From: Methanobacteriota archaeon
GTDB taxonomy: Archaea; Halobacteriota; Bog-38; Methanoflorentales; Methanoflorentaceae
Direction: 5' to 3'
NCBI GenBank assembly: GCA_963720465.1
Contig: OY970393.1
Location: 544,001-608,000 of the forward strand
DNA: 64,000 bases
In this document: positions 30,676 through 40,719 of the stretch, piece by piece
Numbering within the stretch: position 1 is the first letter of the stretch
Layout of the letters: every line of letters starts with the position of its first letter
Program-made: the position numbers and the translations under genes
Notes under the pieces: model-generated
The model's database searches: none
Told to the model about the DNA's origin: nothing
Seen by the model: only the letters and a program-made list of their open reading frames with translations

Positions 30676-31068
30676 ATGATGCTTACTCAAAAAGACGCTG
30701 AAGCGACATTGCGCGGTGTCAAAAAATTGCTAGACGAGAGCAACGAAATCGTGGATGAGATAAGAACCCTGAAAAGCGACAGGGCTCAACTGCAACCGCT
30801 TTGTGGTTCGCTGCGAAGAAGGTTAATCCGCTGCGGAAAACAAAACTGCCGGTGCAGGAAAGGTCAGTTGCACGGCCCGTACCACTATTTTGTGCCATCA
30901 AAATGTCGCGGAAAATGGCAATACGTTAATGAGGAAGAGCTTGAGAGAGTTGAACAAGGAGTCGCGGATTGGAAAAAACAGCGCAAAATTGACGCGGATA
31001 TACAGGCCTTGTCTGCTCGCCTCAAAGAGATACGGCACGAAATTGCAACGCTCGTTCCGAGCGAGTGA
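30676..31068 (+). CDS. DUF6788-like Zn-ribbon/coiled-coil mobile-element protein
   Basis: GSL....RCGKQNCRCRKGQLHGPYHY...YV motif. Confidence 0.75.
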   Translation: MMLTQKDAEATLRGVKKLLDESNEIVDEIRTLKSDRAQLQPLCGSLRRRLIRCGKQNCRCRKGQLHGPYHYFVPSKCRGKWQYVNEEELERVEQGVADWKKQRKIDADIQALSARLKEIRHEIATLVPSE

Positions 31069-31255
31069 ACTGGCAGAAGATAAACCACGCACGCGTGCCC
31101 AACGCCCTACACCAACTCGAAACGGCAATAAACAATCGACCGCGCGACAATGGTGGTCTGCATCTCAGCAATTCGGCGTTCAGGTTGCGTTAAGCTGTGA
31201 CATAAATAGTTCTTGTATCGGCAAAAGTTAAATACGTGAAAATCGGAGTAAGATT

Positions 31256-31525
31256 ATGGATCGCGAAGTCGTCGTCTCCGTCAGTGTGCGAGCAGTCGGT
31301 TATAATGCCGAAACATCTACGCTCGAAATAGAGTTTTGTGATTCGAGTGTCTATCAATATTCAGGGGTCCCTGAAGAAGTCTTTATAGGGTTTCTAGATT
31401 CTATGGGCTTGAATCTCGAAAAGACCGACCTGAAATACTTCAGCGAACACATAAAAGGACAATACCAGCAGAAGACGGTGCGAAGACCGCGGTTGAACCT
31501 TTTTAAGGGCGTTCTAGATACTTAG
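31256..31525 (+). CDS. KTSC-domain protein
   Basis: SVRAVGYN..TSTLEIEF...SVYQYSGVP...YF..HIKG.Y. Confidence 0.85.
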   Translation: MDREVVVSVSVRAVGYNAETSTLEIEFCDSSVYQYSGVPEEVFIGFLDSMGLNLEKTDLKYFSEHIKGQYQQKTVRRPRLNLFKGVLDT

Positions 31526-31680
31526 TCGGCAGATCTCAGCTTCGGTCACGAAAAGCTCCAACGCGGAGATACAAACTACACTAAAGCTTAATGGAAAGCC
31601 CTAGATCATATCGATTGAAACGGAAATCTGGCAAATTAACTAAATGCGTTCTGCCGAATGAAACCAACACAGGACCGACT

Positions 31681-32895
31681 TCACGAAGCACTAAGCTGAG
31701 ACGCCTTGATAGCATCTTCAAAACTATAGCCAGAATCAGCAACCAATTTGACGTCGATTCCATATCCCTTCAGCCACTGCACGGCACCCTCTCCAGCGTT
31801 GCCAGTAATGACGATATCAACCCCGTGTTCGTGCATGAAATCGGCCACTCTGGCACCTTTTTTTCGCGCGAGTGCTTTGTACTGATTCACAAACGTACCG
31901 ATAAGATCAATGTGATTCTCTTGCAAACGTGCAATAACAAAATACTCGCACTTTCCTAGGTCATCGGCGAATGCCGCTCTCAGACCGCTACCAGCCGAAC
32001 TCACTGCAGCGGTTAAGAGATCCTCATCTGTGCTCGCCGTGATGTTCACTTGATAGACTTCTGGAACTTCTGAAAAAACGCCTGCTTTGATTCTCTCCTG
32101 TATTGTTGAGAGCTCTCTGACGGCTAACCCCCCACTCACTGTAATGGACACGTCAACGATTTTATAACTCCAACTGCCCCTCGTATGCACGTAGTTTATT
32201 TTTTTGACTTCAGGCACGCTCTCTATCGTTTTTCGAATACCGTTGATGAGTTCTGGAGCAGCTTGCCTGTCCATAAGCGTGTCAATCGATACCTTTGCGA
32301 CGCGCGCGCCAATGCGTATAACGAGAACGGAAATCAACATGCCCGCGATCGCATCCATATACCAGTAGCCAAGACCGGTTAAAACGAGAGCGACAACAAC
32401 CGCAAGCGATGACACAGCATCACTTATTGAATGTTTCGACTGTGCTACGAGGGCGCTCGATTTGATTCTCATCCCGATGCGCTTTAAATATCGCGACAAG
32501 AACCACGCCGCAGCCGTCGATACGGCAGCTACGATAATGCCAATCTGGAGTTCGGTTGCTGCATGTTTAGCGTACAACGCTGTCACCGAATCGTAGATTA
32601 TAAACAGTCCCGTTAATATGACGATGAACGCTACCACGAGCTCCGTGATCGGCTCTGCTTTTGAATAACCATACGGATGCTCGACATCTGCAGGGCGACG
32701 TGACACGCGCAATCCTATGAAAACCACGGCAGCCCCAAATATGTCCGCTAATGAGTGTACTCCATCTGCAATCAAGGCAACACTGCCGAATAACACCCCG
32801 ACCGTCAGCTTACTTACCGTCAGGACAACATTCACAAAGATAGCGGTAATGCTTACCGCCACATAGTCAACACCGGAACGGGCGGGTGGCTTCAT
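31681..32895 (-). CDS. Cation diffusion facilitator fused to a C-terminal NifB/NifX domain
   Basis: ALIADGVHSLAD, HPYGY.KAE, HSISD; C-terminal LGKCEYF...VDIVITGNAGEGA..L...GI. Confidence 0.9.
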   Translation of the reverse strand: MKPPARSGVDYVAVSITAIFVNVVLTVSKLTVGVLFGSVALIADGVHSLADIFGAAVVFIGLRVSRRPADVEHPYGYSKAEPITELVVAFIVILTGLFIIYDSVTALYAKHAATELQIGIIVAAVSTAAAWFLSRYLKRIGMRIKSSALVAQSKHSISDAVSSLAVVVALVLTGLGYWYMDAIAGMLISVLVIRIGARVAKVSIDTLMDRQAAPELINGIRKTIESVPEVKKINYVHTRGSWSYKIVDVSITVSGGLAVRELSTIQERIKAGVFSEVPEVYQVNITASTDEDLLTAAVSSAGSGLRAAFADDLGKCEYFVIARLQENHIDLIGTFVNQYKALARKKGARVADFMHEHGVDIVITGNAGEGAVQWLKGYGIDVKLVADSGYSFEDAIKASQLSAS

Positions 32896-32910
32896 GTTAC
32901 CGACAAGAAT

Positions 32911-33780
32911 TCAACGCAAGCGTAATCCCGCTTTTTTAGCGAATCGGCCCCAGAGTGCTTTAATCTCGCGTGATGCCGGACTGTCTGTGTACCGAACGAC
33001 GGGCGTTTGATCCACGATAGCGCGCACGACAGTCGGGTCATAGGGGACCATTCCCACGATTTCGATGTCTTTTGCTTGACAGAATTCCTTAATGTGATGC
33101 GCGTTTCCTTCGTGTAAGTCACATCGATTGATGCACGCGAACGTGGGCACGTTGAAGTGGTTGCAAACCGACAGCACCCGTTCTAGGTCGTGTATTGCTG
33201 AGAGAGTGGGTTCCGTTACAATGAGGGCAGCCGTTACCCCGGTGAGCGATGCGATAACGGGACAGCCTATGCCGGGAGGTCCGTCTATGACGATACATTG
33301 ATGATCGTTTTCACGTGCGATCTGCTCAGCTATCTGTCGCACGAAAGTGACGAGTTTGCCCGAATTGGCTTCACCCGGTTCAAGTCGTGCATGGATCAAA
33401 GGCCCGTACGGCGTGTCTGAGACGAACAGATTGCCAGATAGAACCTCCTCCATTGTTATCGCTCCCTGTGGACATACGAACGAGCAGACGCGACACCCCT
33501 CGCACAAAATGCGGTCGATGCTGCACTCCCTTATTGCGTCGAAGTGGCACGTGTCCTCGCAGGCACCACATTGAATGCATTTCGTAGCATCAATGCACGC
33601 CACTTGGGATGCTCTGAACTCTCGTGACGTTTTGACCTGACCGTCCACGATGAGGCTTAAGTTGGCCGCATCTACGTCGCAATCAGCAAGAACCGCATTT
33701 TTTGCTAACGCAGCAAATGACCCGACTATCGATGTCTTTCCTGTGCCACCTTTCCCGCTCACAACGGTCAACGTCTTCAA
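32911..33780 (-). CDS. MinD-superfamily P-loop ATPase with inserted 2x[4Fe-4S] domain (COG1149-like)
   Basis: SGKGGTGKTS, DCDVDAANL, CIQCGAC...C, CEGCRVC...CP, NSGKLV, DGPPGIGCPV. Likely TTG start at 33780. Confidence 0.92.
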   Translation of the reverse strand: MKTLTVVSGKGGTGKTSIVGSFAALAKNAVLADCDVDAANLSLIVDGQVKTSREFRASQVACIDATKCIQCGACEDTCHFDAIRECSIDRILCEGCRVCSFVCPQGAITMEEVLSGNLFVSDTPYGPLIHARLEPGEANSGKLVTFVRQIAEQIARENDHQCIVIDGPPGIGCPVIASLTGVTAALIVTEPTLSAIHDLERVLSVCNHFNVPTFACINRCDLHEGNAHHIKEFCQAKDIEIVGMVPYDPTVVRAIVDQTPVVRYTDSPASREIKALWGRFAKKAGLRLR

Positions 33781-33827
33781 GTCTGGGCCTTCCTTCTCGT
33801 AACCGTGCAGCTGCTTAAGTTGTGCGT

Positions 33828-34673
33828 TCATTCTCGCGCGAGCATTTTTATGTTCTGGCAAAGCTGAGAGAATATCTCTCGATATTCAGGAAGCGCGTCG
33901 ATTGCCGGTACGCCTTGCGCGTAGTTGATCGCGAGCTCTCGGTCGTACGGCAGCCGCAGTAGTATCGGCAGTCCTTCTCTCTCGCAGTACGCTTCGACCT
34001 TGTCGTCGCCGATATCTGCCTGATTAATGATTACGCCAGCTGGAAGCTCGAGCTTCGAAACGAGCCCCACAACAAGGGTCAGATCGTGTAGCCCGAAAGG
34101 AGTGGGCTCTGTCACAAGCAGACACACATCACTTCTCTTTATGGCGTCTACGACAGGACACGAAGTTCCAGGTGGTGCGTCAATTATGACGATTGAATCG
34201 CGATTCACTTTGCGCTTCAGTGCCCGGATAATAGGCGGTGACAATGCCTCCCCAGGAGTTAAGCTTCCCTGGAAGAACGCAATATTTCCCGCGTTTCCTG
34301 ACTCGAGAAGTCCAATTTTGTGCTCTTTTTTGCCAATAGCGTTTTGGGGGCAAAAAAGGGCGCACCCACCACAATCGTGGCAAAGTTCAGGAAATATGAG
34401 CACACGATCTTTCGTGACCGCGAGCGCGTGAAAAGCACACACTTCAGCGCATTTCCCGCAAAACGTGCAGCGGGTGCCGTTGACGGTGGGACATACCGCG
34501 GTTACGGGCTCGGAATGAGTGAACTGAGGCTTCAGGAACAAGTAGGCGTTGGGTGCTTCCACGTCGCAATCAAAAAACTGGACGTTATATTTGTGTTCCA
34601 GTGCAAGCGCCAAGTTAACGGCTATGGTTGTTTTGCCTGTGCCACCCTTACCACTTGCGACCGCAATGATCAT
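33828..34673 (-). CDS. MinD-superfamily P-loop ATPase with inserted 2x[4Fe-4S] domain (COG1149-like), second paralogue
   Basis: ASGKGGTGKTT, DCDVEAPN, CTFCGKC...C, CHDCGGC...CP, DAPPGTSCP, TEPTPFGLHDL. Confidence 0.92.
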   Translation of the reverse strand: MIIAVASGKGGTGKTTIAVNLALALEHKYNVQFFDCDVEAPNAYLFLKPQFTHSEPVTAVCPTVNGTRCTFCGKCAEVCAFHALAVTKDRVLIFPELCHDCGGCALFCPQNAIGKKEHKIGLLESGNAGNIAFFQGSLTPGEALSPPIIRALKRKVNRDSIVIIDAPPGTSCPVVDAIKRSDVCLLVTEPTPFGLHDLTLVVGLVSKLELPAGVIINQADIGDDKVEAYCEREGLPILLRLPYDRELAINYAQGVPAIDALPEYREIFSQLCQNIKMLARE

Positions 34674-34703
34674 GGCCTCGTGCGAGTCTAGGAAGTTCCT
34701 GTT

Positions 34704-35066
34704 TCACTCGTCAGCGCAGCCCTCATGGCGGAAATCTCCGTGCTCGCACGTGCTCACGCCTTCTTGCAGCGCTCCTTCGACGTACTGCTCAGCGACCTGT
34801 TCCGTGGGTCCCGCTATACCAAGTATGGCGTTGATACCTGCCTCGGCAAAGAGCTTTTGCGCCTTTACTCCCATGCCGCCGGCGATGATTACGTCTATTC
34901 CCCGTTCATGCAAGTAGCCAGGCAAGAAATTCGGTTTATGGCCAGGGTTTGGAATAATCTCTTTTTCGCGTATCTCCGTCCCTTCAATTGTGTATATTGT
35001 GTATTCGGGACAATGTCCAAAGTGTTGACATACGGCCTTGTTTTCCGTAGCAATAGCGAGTCTCAT
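34704..35066 (-). CDS. NifB/NifX-family (COG1433) metal-cluster-binding protein
   Basis: QHFGHC, NPGH, VIIAGGMG.KA, C-terminal CEH...H..C. Confidence 0.9.
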   Translation of the reverse strand: MRLAIATENKAVCQHFGHCPEYTIYTIEGTEIREKEIIPNPGHKPNFLPGYLHERGIDVIIAGGMGVKAQKLFAEAGINAILGIAGPTEQVAEQYVEGALQEGVSTCEHGDFRHEGCADE

Positions 35067-35386
35067 ACGTTACCTCCTTTCTGAAACATCTCCAGTGCAT
35101 CCTGCACCGTTGCAGCCGTCGTTGTGTGTATCTTCACGCCTGCACTCTGCAATACCTGGGCGGCTCTTGGCCCCACTTCACCTGAAATGACCACCTGCAC
35201 GTTGTGATCGATGACGAATTGTGCGCTGCTGATACCCGCCCCTGAGCTCGCCGCGTTTTCATTTGCGAACGCGGTGGACTGCTGAGTCAACGAGTCCCAC
35301 AAAATGAAGAAACGACAACGCCCAAAGCGAGGATCTACCGGAGCCGTCACCTCTTTTCCTTGCGCAGTGACCATAATCCTCATCAC
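35063..35386 (-). CDS. NifB/NifX-family (COG1433, orange-protein-like) protein
   Basis: VDPRFGRCRFF, GAGI.SAQ, ISGEVGPRA. Confidence 0.9.
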   Translation of the reverse strand: MMRIMVTAQGKEVTAPVDPRFGRCRFFILWDSLTQQSTAFANENAASSGAGISSAQFVIDHNVQVVISGEVGPRAAQVLQSAGVKIHTTTAATVQDALEMFQKGGNV

Positions 35387-35769
35387 TGACTCCTCTCTAA
35401 CGTTGCGTCTCCGTTGACCTCGTCGCTGTCGTCACGTTCCTCCAGCTTAAGCGATTCGAGGCGCACTTTGAGATCGTTTAACTCCGCTTCCAAAACAGTT
35501 GCTTCCCGTTCAAGAGCTGCTTGCGACGCAGCCCTCTCCGCGGCCTGAGAAAGCATAATAGTTGACGATGTGCGCGCCCATCGGGGGAGTCCGGTCGCGA
35601 GGTATTGCCACCGATGGCCTCTGCCATATCCTCTTATCCCAGAACGGCGTGAGATTGACAGGGCCCCGCAGAAGGCTCGCTTCAGTGTTGTATCACTGCT
35701 GCAGCGTCCGCGTCTTCGACCAGTCAGAGGACCTACTCCAACAGGTCCCGTTCTATCAAGACCAGGCAT
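35383..35769 (-). CDS. DUF5320-family protein
   Basis: MPGLDRTGP.G.GPLTGR..G.C...ATGLP.W plus C-terminal coiled coil. Confidence 0.85.
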   Translation of the reverse strand: MPGLDRTGPVGVGPLTGRRRGRCSSDTTLKRAFCGALSISRRSGIRGYGRGHRWQYLATGLPRWARTSSTIMLSQAAERAASQAALEREATVLEAELNDLKVRLESLKLEERDDSDEVNGDATLERSQ

Positions 35770-36647
35770 TACTTATCACCTCTTTGCTTCGTTATGCTTT
35801 CCGTCCGAACGTCTTCTGTAATCCCATAGAAGCGCAGGACGTTACGTGCGATCGTGTTTACGCTCTCTGCTGAACGGGATGCTTGCGCTCCGTTTTCGCC
35901 AATAGGCTTACCGCTGTCTCCTGATTCACAGATTGCCATATCGAGCGGTATGCGGCAGATAAAAGGAACCTCTAGCTCCTTTGCAGATCGCTCCCCACCG
36001 CCACTTTGGAATATGTCCACGTGCGTTACACACGTCAGACACTCATAGCCGCTCATGTTTTCTATGATGCCTATCACCGGAACCCCCACCTTGCACAGGA
36101 AGTCAACCGACTTTCGCGAACTAACGAGGGCGACAACTTGTGGTGTGGTCACGATCAGTGCGCCGTCAGACCGCAGATCCTGTGCTATCGAGAGAGGTTC
36201 ATCGCCTGTGCCTGGAGGCAGATCAACAACCAGAAAGTCAAGAGCGCCCCAATTAGTCTCGTTGATGAACTGTCTGATTGCCGCCATCTTGACACCACCT
36301 CGCCACACGATTGCGCGGTCCGACGACGGTATCAGAAAGCCTGTTGAAAGAACTTTAAGCTTCTCTGAATAAGTTACAGGCACTAACTGGTTGTCACGAC
36401 ATTCTACGTTCCCGAAAAGGCCTAGCAATCGCGGTATGCTAGGGCTGGTCAAATCTGCGTCCAAAAGCCCAACAGTGTAGCCCTTCTGCGAAAGCGCCAC
36501 CGCAAGATTTGCCGACACTGTCGACTTCCCAACGCCGCCCTTCCCACTCATAACAATTATGCAGTGCTTTGCCGGCATTTTGGGGGGGGCTGTGTCAGGA
36601 TGCGTCATTAGCGGTATTTTAGTCTCAGCACGATTACTTGTCGCCAT
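35769..36647 (-). CDS. mrp: Mrp/NBP35-family Fe-S carrier ATPase
   Basis: MSGKGGVGKST, DLPPGTGDE, VTTPQ, ENMS...CxxC. Confidence 0.92.
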   Translation of the reverse strand: MATSNRAETKIPLMTHPDTAPPKMPAKHCIIVMSGKGGVGKSTVSANLAVALSQKGYTVGLLDADLTSPSIPRLLGLFGNVECRDNQLVPVTYSEKLKVLSTGFLIPSSDRAIVWRGGVKMAAIRQFINETNWGALDFLVVDLPPGTGDEPLSIAQDLRSDGALIVTTPQVVALVSSRKSVDFLCKVGVPVIGIIENMSGYECLTCVTHVDIFQSGGGERSAKELEVPFICRIPLDMAICESGDSGKPIGENGAQASRSAESVNTIARNVLRFYGITEDVRTESITKQRGDK

Positions 36648-36680
36648 GATATTTCCCTATGTGCTACGTTGATCTGAAGG

Positions 36681-36716
36681 CTTATAAATCTTACTCAGAT
36701 ATAGTCAAACTGACTA
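36681..36716 (-). promoter_or_regulatory. TATA box (TTTATAAG) with upstream palindrome TAGTCA-N3-TGACTA for the mrp-NifX operon
   Basis: Perfect 6-bp inverted repeat at 36702-36716, 13 nt upstream of the TATA box at 36681-36688. Confidence 0.5.
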
Positions 36717-37308
36717 AAAAGAAAGGTAAGATTGCGCGCGACCGGACGGGTGTGAACAGACATTAAAAGCACTCTGGAAGATCACTATGCATGCAATTAG
36801 GCTGAGAGCGCCTCTACAACAGTTACTAAAGTACTAAGAACAACGCTGTCGTGAAATATCGTGGTTGGTGCACATTATCGGACGCACGTCGCATTGTTTC
36901 CATCACTCACCGCACGGGCTTTCCATAGATCAGCTCACGAACAAAAAAAACGAAATGCGAACGAAAAAAATGGTGGCCAACGATGCTGGGACGAGCGTTT
37001 ATTTCTAGTAGACGAGTACTCCTTCTTCCTCAACGGATGGCGACGATCACACCACACAAATCCTGAAAATAGCTTCTGCACGACCGCTGAGGAACTGGAA
37101 GACCTTGCTAAACTAGTCGCGAGCCTAAAACTCGCAAGAAAGAAGGAAGAAGTTTTAGGCCGTTGTCCCGACGCACCGTGCATCGAGAGAGACTTCTCCT
37201 CCTTTGTGTCAATATGCCTAAGAAGCCTACGGCCATACTTCCCGCTTAAATGCGCCGTTGATGGATAAATAAGCACCCACACGCTATTCTAATAACCAGT
37301 CGCCGCTA

Positions 37309-38481
37309 TCACTTCCACCGTTTCATGTCCTCTTTCATCACGAGTTTGCGCCTCCCATCCTTTATGATGACGGCTCTGTCAGTGCAGCTGAAGCACGGAT
37401 CGATGGAGGCGGCAATTATAGGAATATCCGCCACCTGACAGCCGATGAATTTAGGCACATACGAAGGGATATTGGCGAGGGTCGGTGAGCGTATTTTTAT
37501 GCGCTCAAAGAACCTCGTGCCGTTGGTCTCGACAAAATGGATAAGCTCTCCACGTGGCGCTTCGACTCTCCCGACGCTGCGTCCCGCGGGGATATCATCG
37601 TACTCAGTTTGAATGGGACCCCCGGGTAAGTCTTTGAACAATTCTTTGAGAAGCCACACTGACTGCTTAAGCTCTCCCAATCGAACTATCGCTTGGGCAA
37701 TCACGTCCCCACCCTCAGCGACTTGTGGTTTTATGTCAAAATCGCCATAGGCCGCGTACTTGCACATGTCTCTTGTGTCTTCCGGAACGCCGCTCGCTCG
37801 CGCGTTCGGACCGACGGCACCAAGTTCGATGGCATCTTCCTTGCTGAGCGCTCCAACGCCTGCACCGCGTTCAGCAATGCAGCTGTCTTTCAGCACCGCT
37901 TTGGTGATCTTGTCGACTGCTCTGTCAAGATACTCGCATACGTGGACTGCGCTCCTTACCTGCTGCTCAGAGACGTTCCATTTGACGCCGCCGATCGTGT
38001 TGCACCCGTACATCACGCGATTGCCCGACAGCATCTCGAGAAGATCCATCACCTTCTCACGCTCTCGCCATGTGTACATAAAGAGTGTGTGGTATCCGAT
38101 CTCCTCTCCTGCTATCCCCGCCCAGAGCATATGCGAGGTTATCCGCTCAAGCTCTGCAAATATTGTCCTAATGTACTTCGCCCGTTCGGGCACTTGGATG
38201 CCAGCAATATCCTCGAGCCGTTCGACGTGATTGAGCGGGTGGGAGTGCGAACAAATGCCGCAGATACGCTCGACTAGGTACACGACCTTAGGCATTGGCC
38301 GCTCTTGGCAGAGCCGTTCGATGCTGCGGTGGTTGTAGCCAATCTCGTAATCAACACCGACGACCTTTTCTCCCTCAACATCGAACACAAACCGCGCTGG
38401 TTCTTCAAGCGCGGGGTGGCTTGGGCCAATAGGTACTTTGAGTTTCGCAAAGGTGCTGCTTTTGTCTATCTCAGTCGTCAT
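37309..38481 (-). CDS. Group 4 (Mbh/Ehb-like) [NiFe] hydrogenase large subunit
   Basis: GP.HPAL.EP, L1 ERICGICSHSH, EAPRGE, L2 DPCFSCTDR plus a C-terminal extension. Confidence 0.92.
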   Translation of the reverse strand: MTTEIDKSSTFAKLKVPIGPSHPALEEPARFVFDVEGEKVVGVDYEIGYNHRSIERLCQERPMPKVVYLVERICGICSHSHPLNHVERLEDIAGIQVPERAKYIRTIFAELERITSHMLWAGIAGEEIGYHTLFMYTWREREKVMDLLEMLSGNRVMYGCNTIGGVKWNVSEQQVRSAVHVCEYLDRAVDKITKAVLKDSCIAERGAGVGALSKEDAIELGAVGPNARASGVPEDTRDMCKYAAYGDFDIKPQVAEGGDVIAQAIVRLGELKQSVWLLKELFKDLPGGPIQTEYDDIPAGRSVGRVEAPRGELIHFVETNGTRFFERIKIRSPTLANIPSYVPKFIGCQVADIPIIAASIDPCFSCTDRAVIIKDGRRKLVMKEDMKRWK

Positions 38482-38890
38482 AAGGACTCCAGTTTAAAGC
38501 AAATTTAATAAATAGAGCATAATGGCACGCAAGAAACGGCTGTGCTCGGTATGCCAATACGCGAACAAACCCATCCTTTTACTCTCATCCTCGTTGTGGG
38601 GCCAACTGCTCGCGGCTCGAGTTTTAGCCGGCGCCCCCATTTCACCATCGGGATCTATCGCAGCCGGGTTTCAAGCCGCTTTCTTACATTGATGGTAAGG
38701 GCTCTGCAGCTCCAACGCGCGACGCATGCATTTCAGACAAGTCGATTCCTCGTACCATATAGTCTTTATGCAGTTGCAGAGTCCAGCCTTCTCTTCTAAC
38801 TATTACTCGTTCTCGAAGCAACATAAATCTTACCCCGGAAATAGACTAACTAAAATCATCGAGGGTAAGAAGAAGATATAAAGATAGAAT

Positions 38891-39238
38891 GTGATATATG
38901 GACGCGGAAAACATCGTGGCGGAGGAAGAACGCTGAGTGAGCATACGTACAAGAGCGAGTTCGTATTGGTACTAGCAGCGACATTTAGTGATACCCGTGC
39001 AAAATCGTCTAAATTTCTTGAGCCGCTGTTCAATAAGGGCGTTGCAGTTTCGCCCGAGCTGCTCGAACGAGGGATCGGAGCGCTCGATCAGCTCGTCACC
39101 CTCGACAAACTTTCGGCGCTTAAAGCCGAACTCAGTCTGCCGCAGCTGGACGCAAGGGACGTCGCTATTCTTGCGCAAGCAATAGTAGAGATCGGTACTA
39201 TCTTAACTAAAAAAGGCGCGCCGAAAATGGGGGCTTGA
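38891..39238 (+). pseudogene. Possible C-terminal remnant of HdrC
   Basis: KFLEPLFNKGVAVSP...LKAELSL overlaps the hdrB start. No Fe-S cysteines remain, so the call rests mostly on position. Confidence 0.3.
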
Positions 39239-40169
39239 TAACGACCACTGATGCTCTAATTCTAACACCTTCTAAGCTCCCTCAACGGTTATATTTGTTT
39301 AAAAGCTGCCTAGCAGGAACCTTTCACCCCGGCATAGAGCGATCCTTTCGATTCATACTTAATTCGCTGAAAATTGATTACTTTGATGATGCGAATCAAT
39401 CATCGTGCACAGGATTTGGAGTACATTGCGGGCATGGTTCCTCCCGAGGTGAACCTCAGCATCAATGCTAGAAACCTCGCGCTTGCTTACAGTTCAGGTT
39501 ACACAAACATCATCTGCACCTGTCCGACGTCATACGCGAATCTCAAAGAGTGCACAAAAGAGCTAGACGACGAAAAAACGCGCGCTGCGATAAATGACGT
39601 ATTGAAAGCAATTGGACGCGAGTACCACAGAGGCGTTAAGATATATCACGCAGCCGAGGTGCTTTATGTCATAAGAGAGAGTCTTATCGAGCGAGCAACA
39701 CTGTCTCTTTCAGGGATAAAGGTCGCTACGCATCACGGCTGCCACTATACAAAAGTCTTCTATGATGAAGTCATAGGCGGGCCTTGGGAGGACCCGAGAT
39801 TACTAGACAATATATGCGCCGGTTTTTCGAGCACGCTGGTCGACTATTCTGAGCGCTCCCTGTGCTGCGGCATGGGTTTTTCGAACTTTATTAGTTCAAA
39901 TAACTATACGGAGTCGACAAGCTTTCGGAAACTTGAGAGCATTCTCGCAGAAGAACCCGACGTCATTGTGACCATGTGTGCTGCCTGCCAGGTAGTCCTT
40001 GACCAGTTTCAGAAGAAGTTTGAAAAAAAGCTTGAATACGTTGCCCCAGGTACTCAACGTTTCGCAACTGGTGGCCATCTTGCTTGGCGCTAATACCTTA
40101 AAAGACGCGTGTCTCCAATTTGCAGCGATAGACGCAGCTCCCCTTCTAAAAAAGATTGAGGTAGTTTGA
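39235..40169 (+). pseudogene. hdrB: Heterodisulfide reductase subunit B-like (CCG domains), two frameshifts
   Basis: FKSC...PGIE...QSSCTG / CTCPTSY...HHGCHY...CCGMGF...CAAC / LNVSQLVAILLGA. Shifts near 39420 and 40040. Confidence 0.85.
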
Positions 40170-40292
40170 TGCGGCAAAACTTGCGGTCTTCCTGGATAAG
40201 CGCGACAGCCATTTGGAATACGGTACCGTCTTGGGGAAATGTGCGTGTCGTCAAAGTACAAGTCCTGTTGAAGCAAGATGTAAAGGCGTGGA

Positions 40293-40556
40293 ATGAATAT
40301 GCAGGGCTCTAGCACGAAGGATTTCCTCAATTTTATTATTCCCCTTGGAAAATTCATTGCCTTGCTCGCTGTCGTCTCAGTCGCTTCTGTTGGATTCGCA
40401 TATCTTATAGGCGCCGTCGGAAACGTCGTTGCTTCAGACGGCATCATCGTGAACAATGCGGCAGTCTCAACGGTTACCGTCGGGTATTCTCTCACTTGCG
40501 CTTTTGTAGCTATAGGCGCTGTGCTCGCTGCGTTGTATGCATTCAAAAATGTATGA
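40293..40556 (+). CDS. Small two-TM membrane protein
   Basis: Two hydrophobic segments in an 85-87 aa ORF. Confidence 0.5.
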   Translation: MNMQGSSTKDFLNFIIPLGKFIALLAVVSVASVGFAYLIGAVGNVVASDGIIVNNAAVSTVTVGYSLTCAFVAIGAVLAALYAFKNV

Positions 40557-40719
40557 GGACGGCGCCGTATACTTTCTACGCGAGCTTAGGTTCATATGGC
40601 CAGTCGCGTCGCTAAGGATCTCGACTTCTCCCTCGCCGCGCGAAATGCCTATTACTTGACTCAACAGTCAACCGGGCTAAAGATAATCTAGATACTGAAG
40701 CAAGCGTTTGATATCTGTG

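Noticed and set aside
36861-37282. Overlapping ORFs between mrp and the hydrogenase
   Set aside because: No motif, RBS or clear coding signal on either strand.
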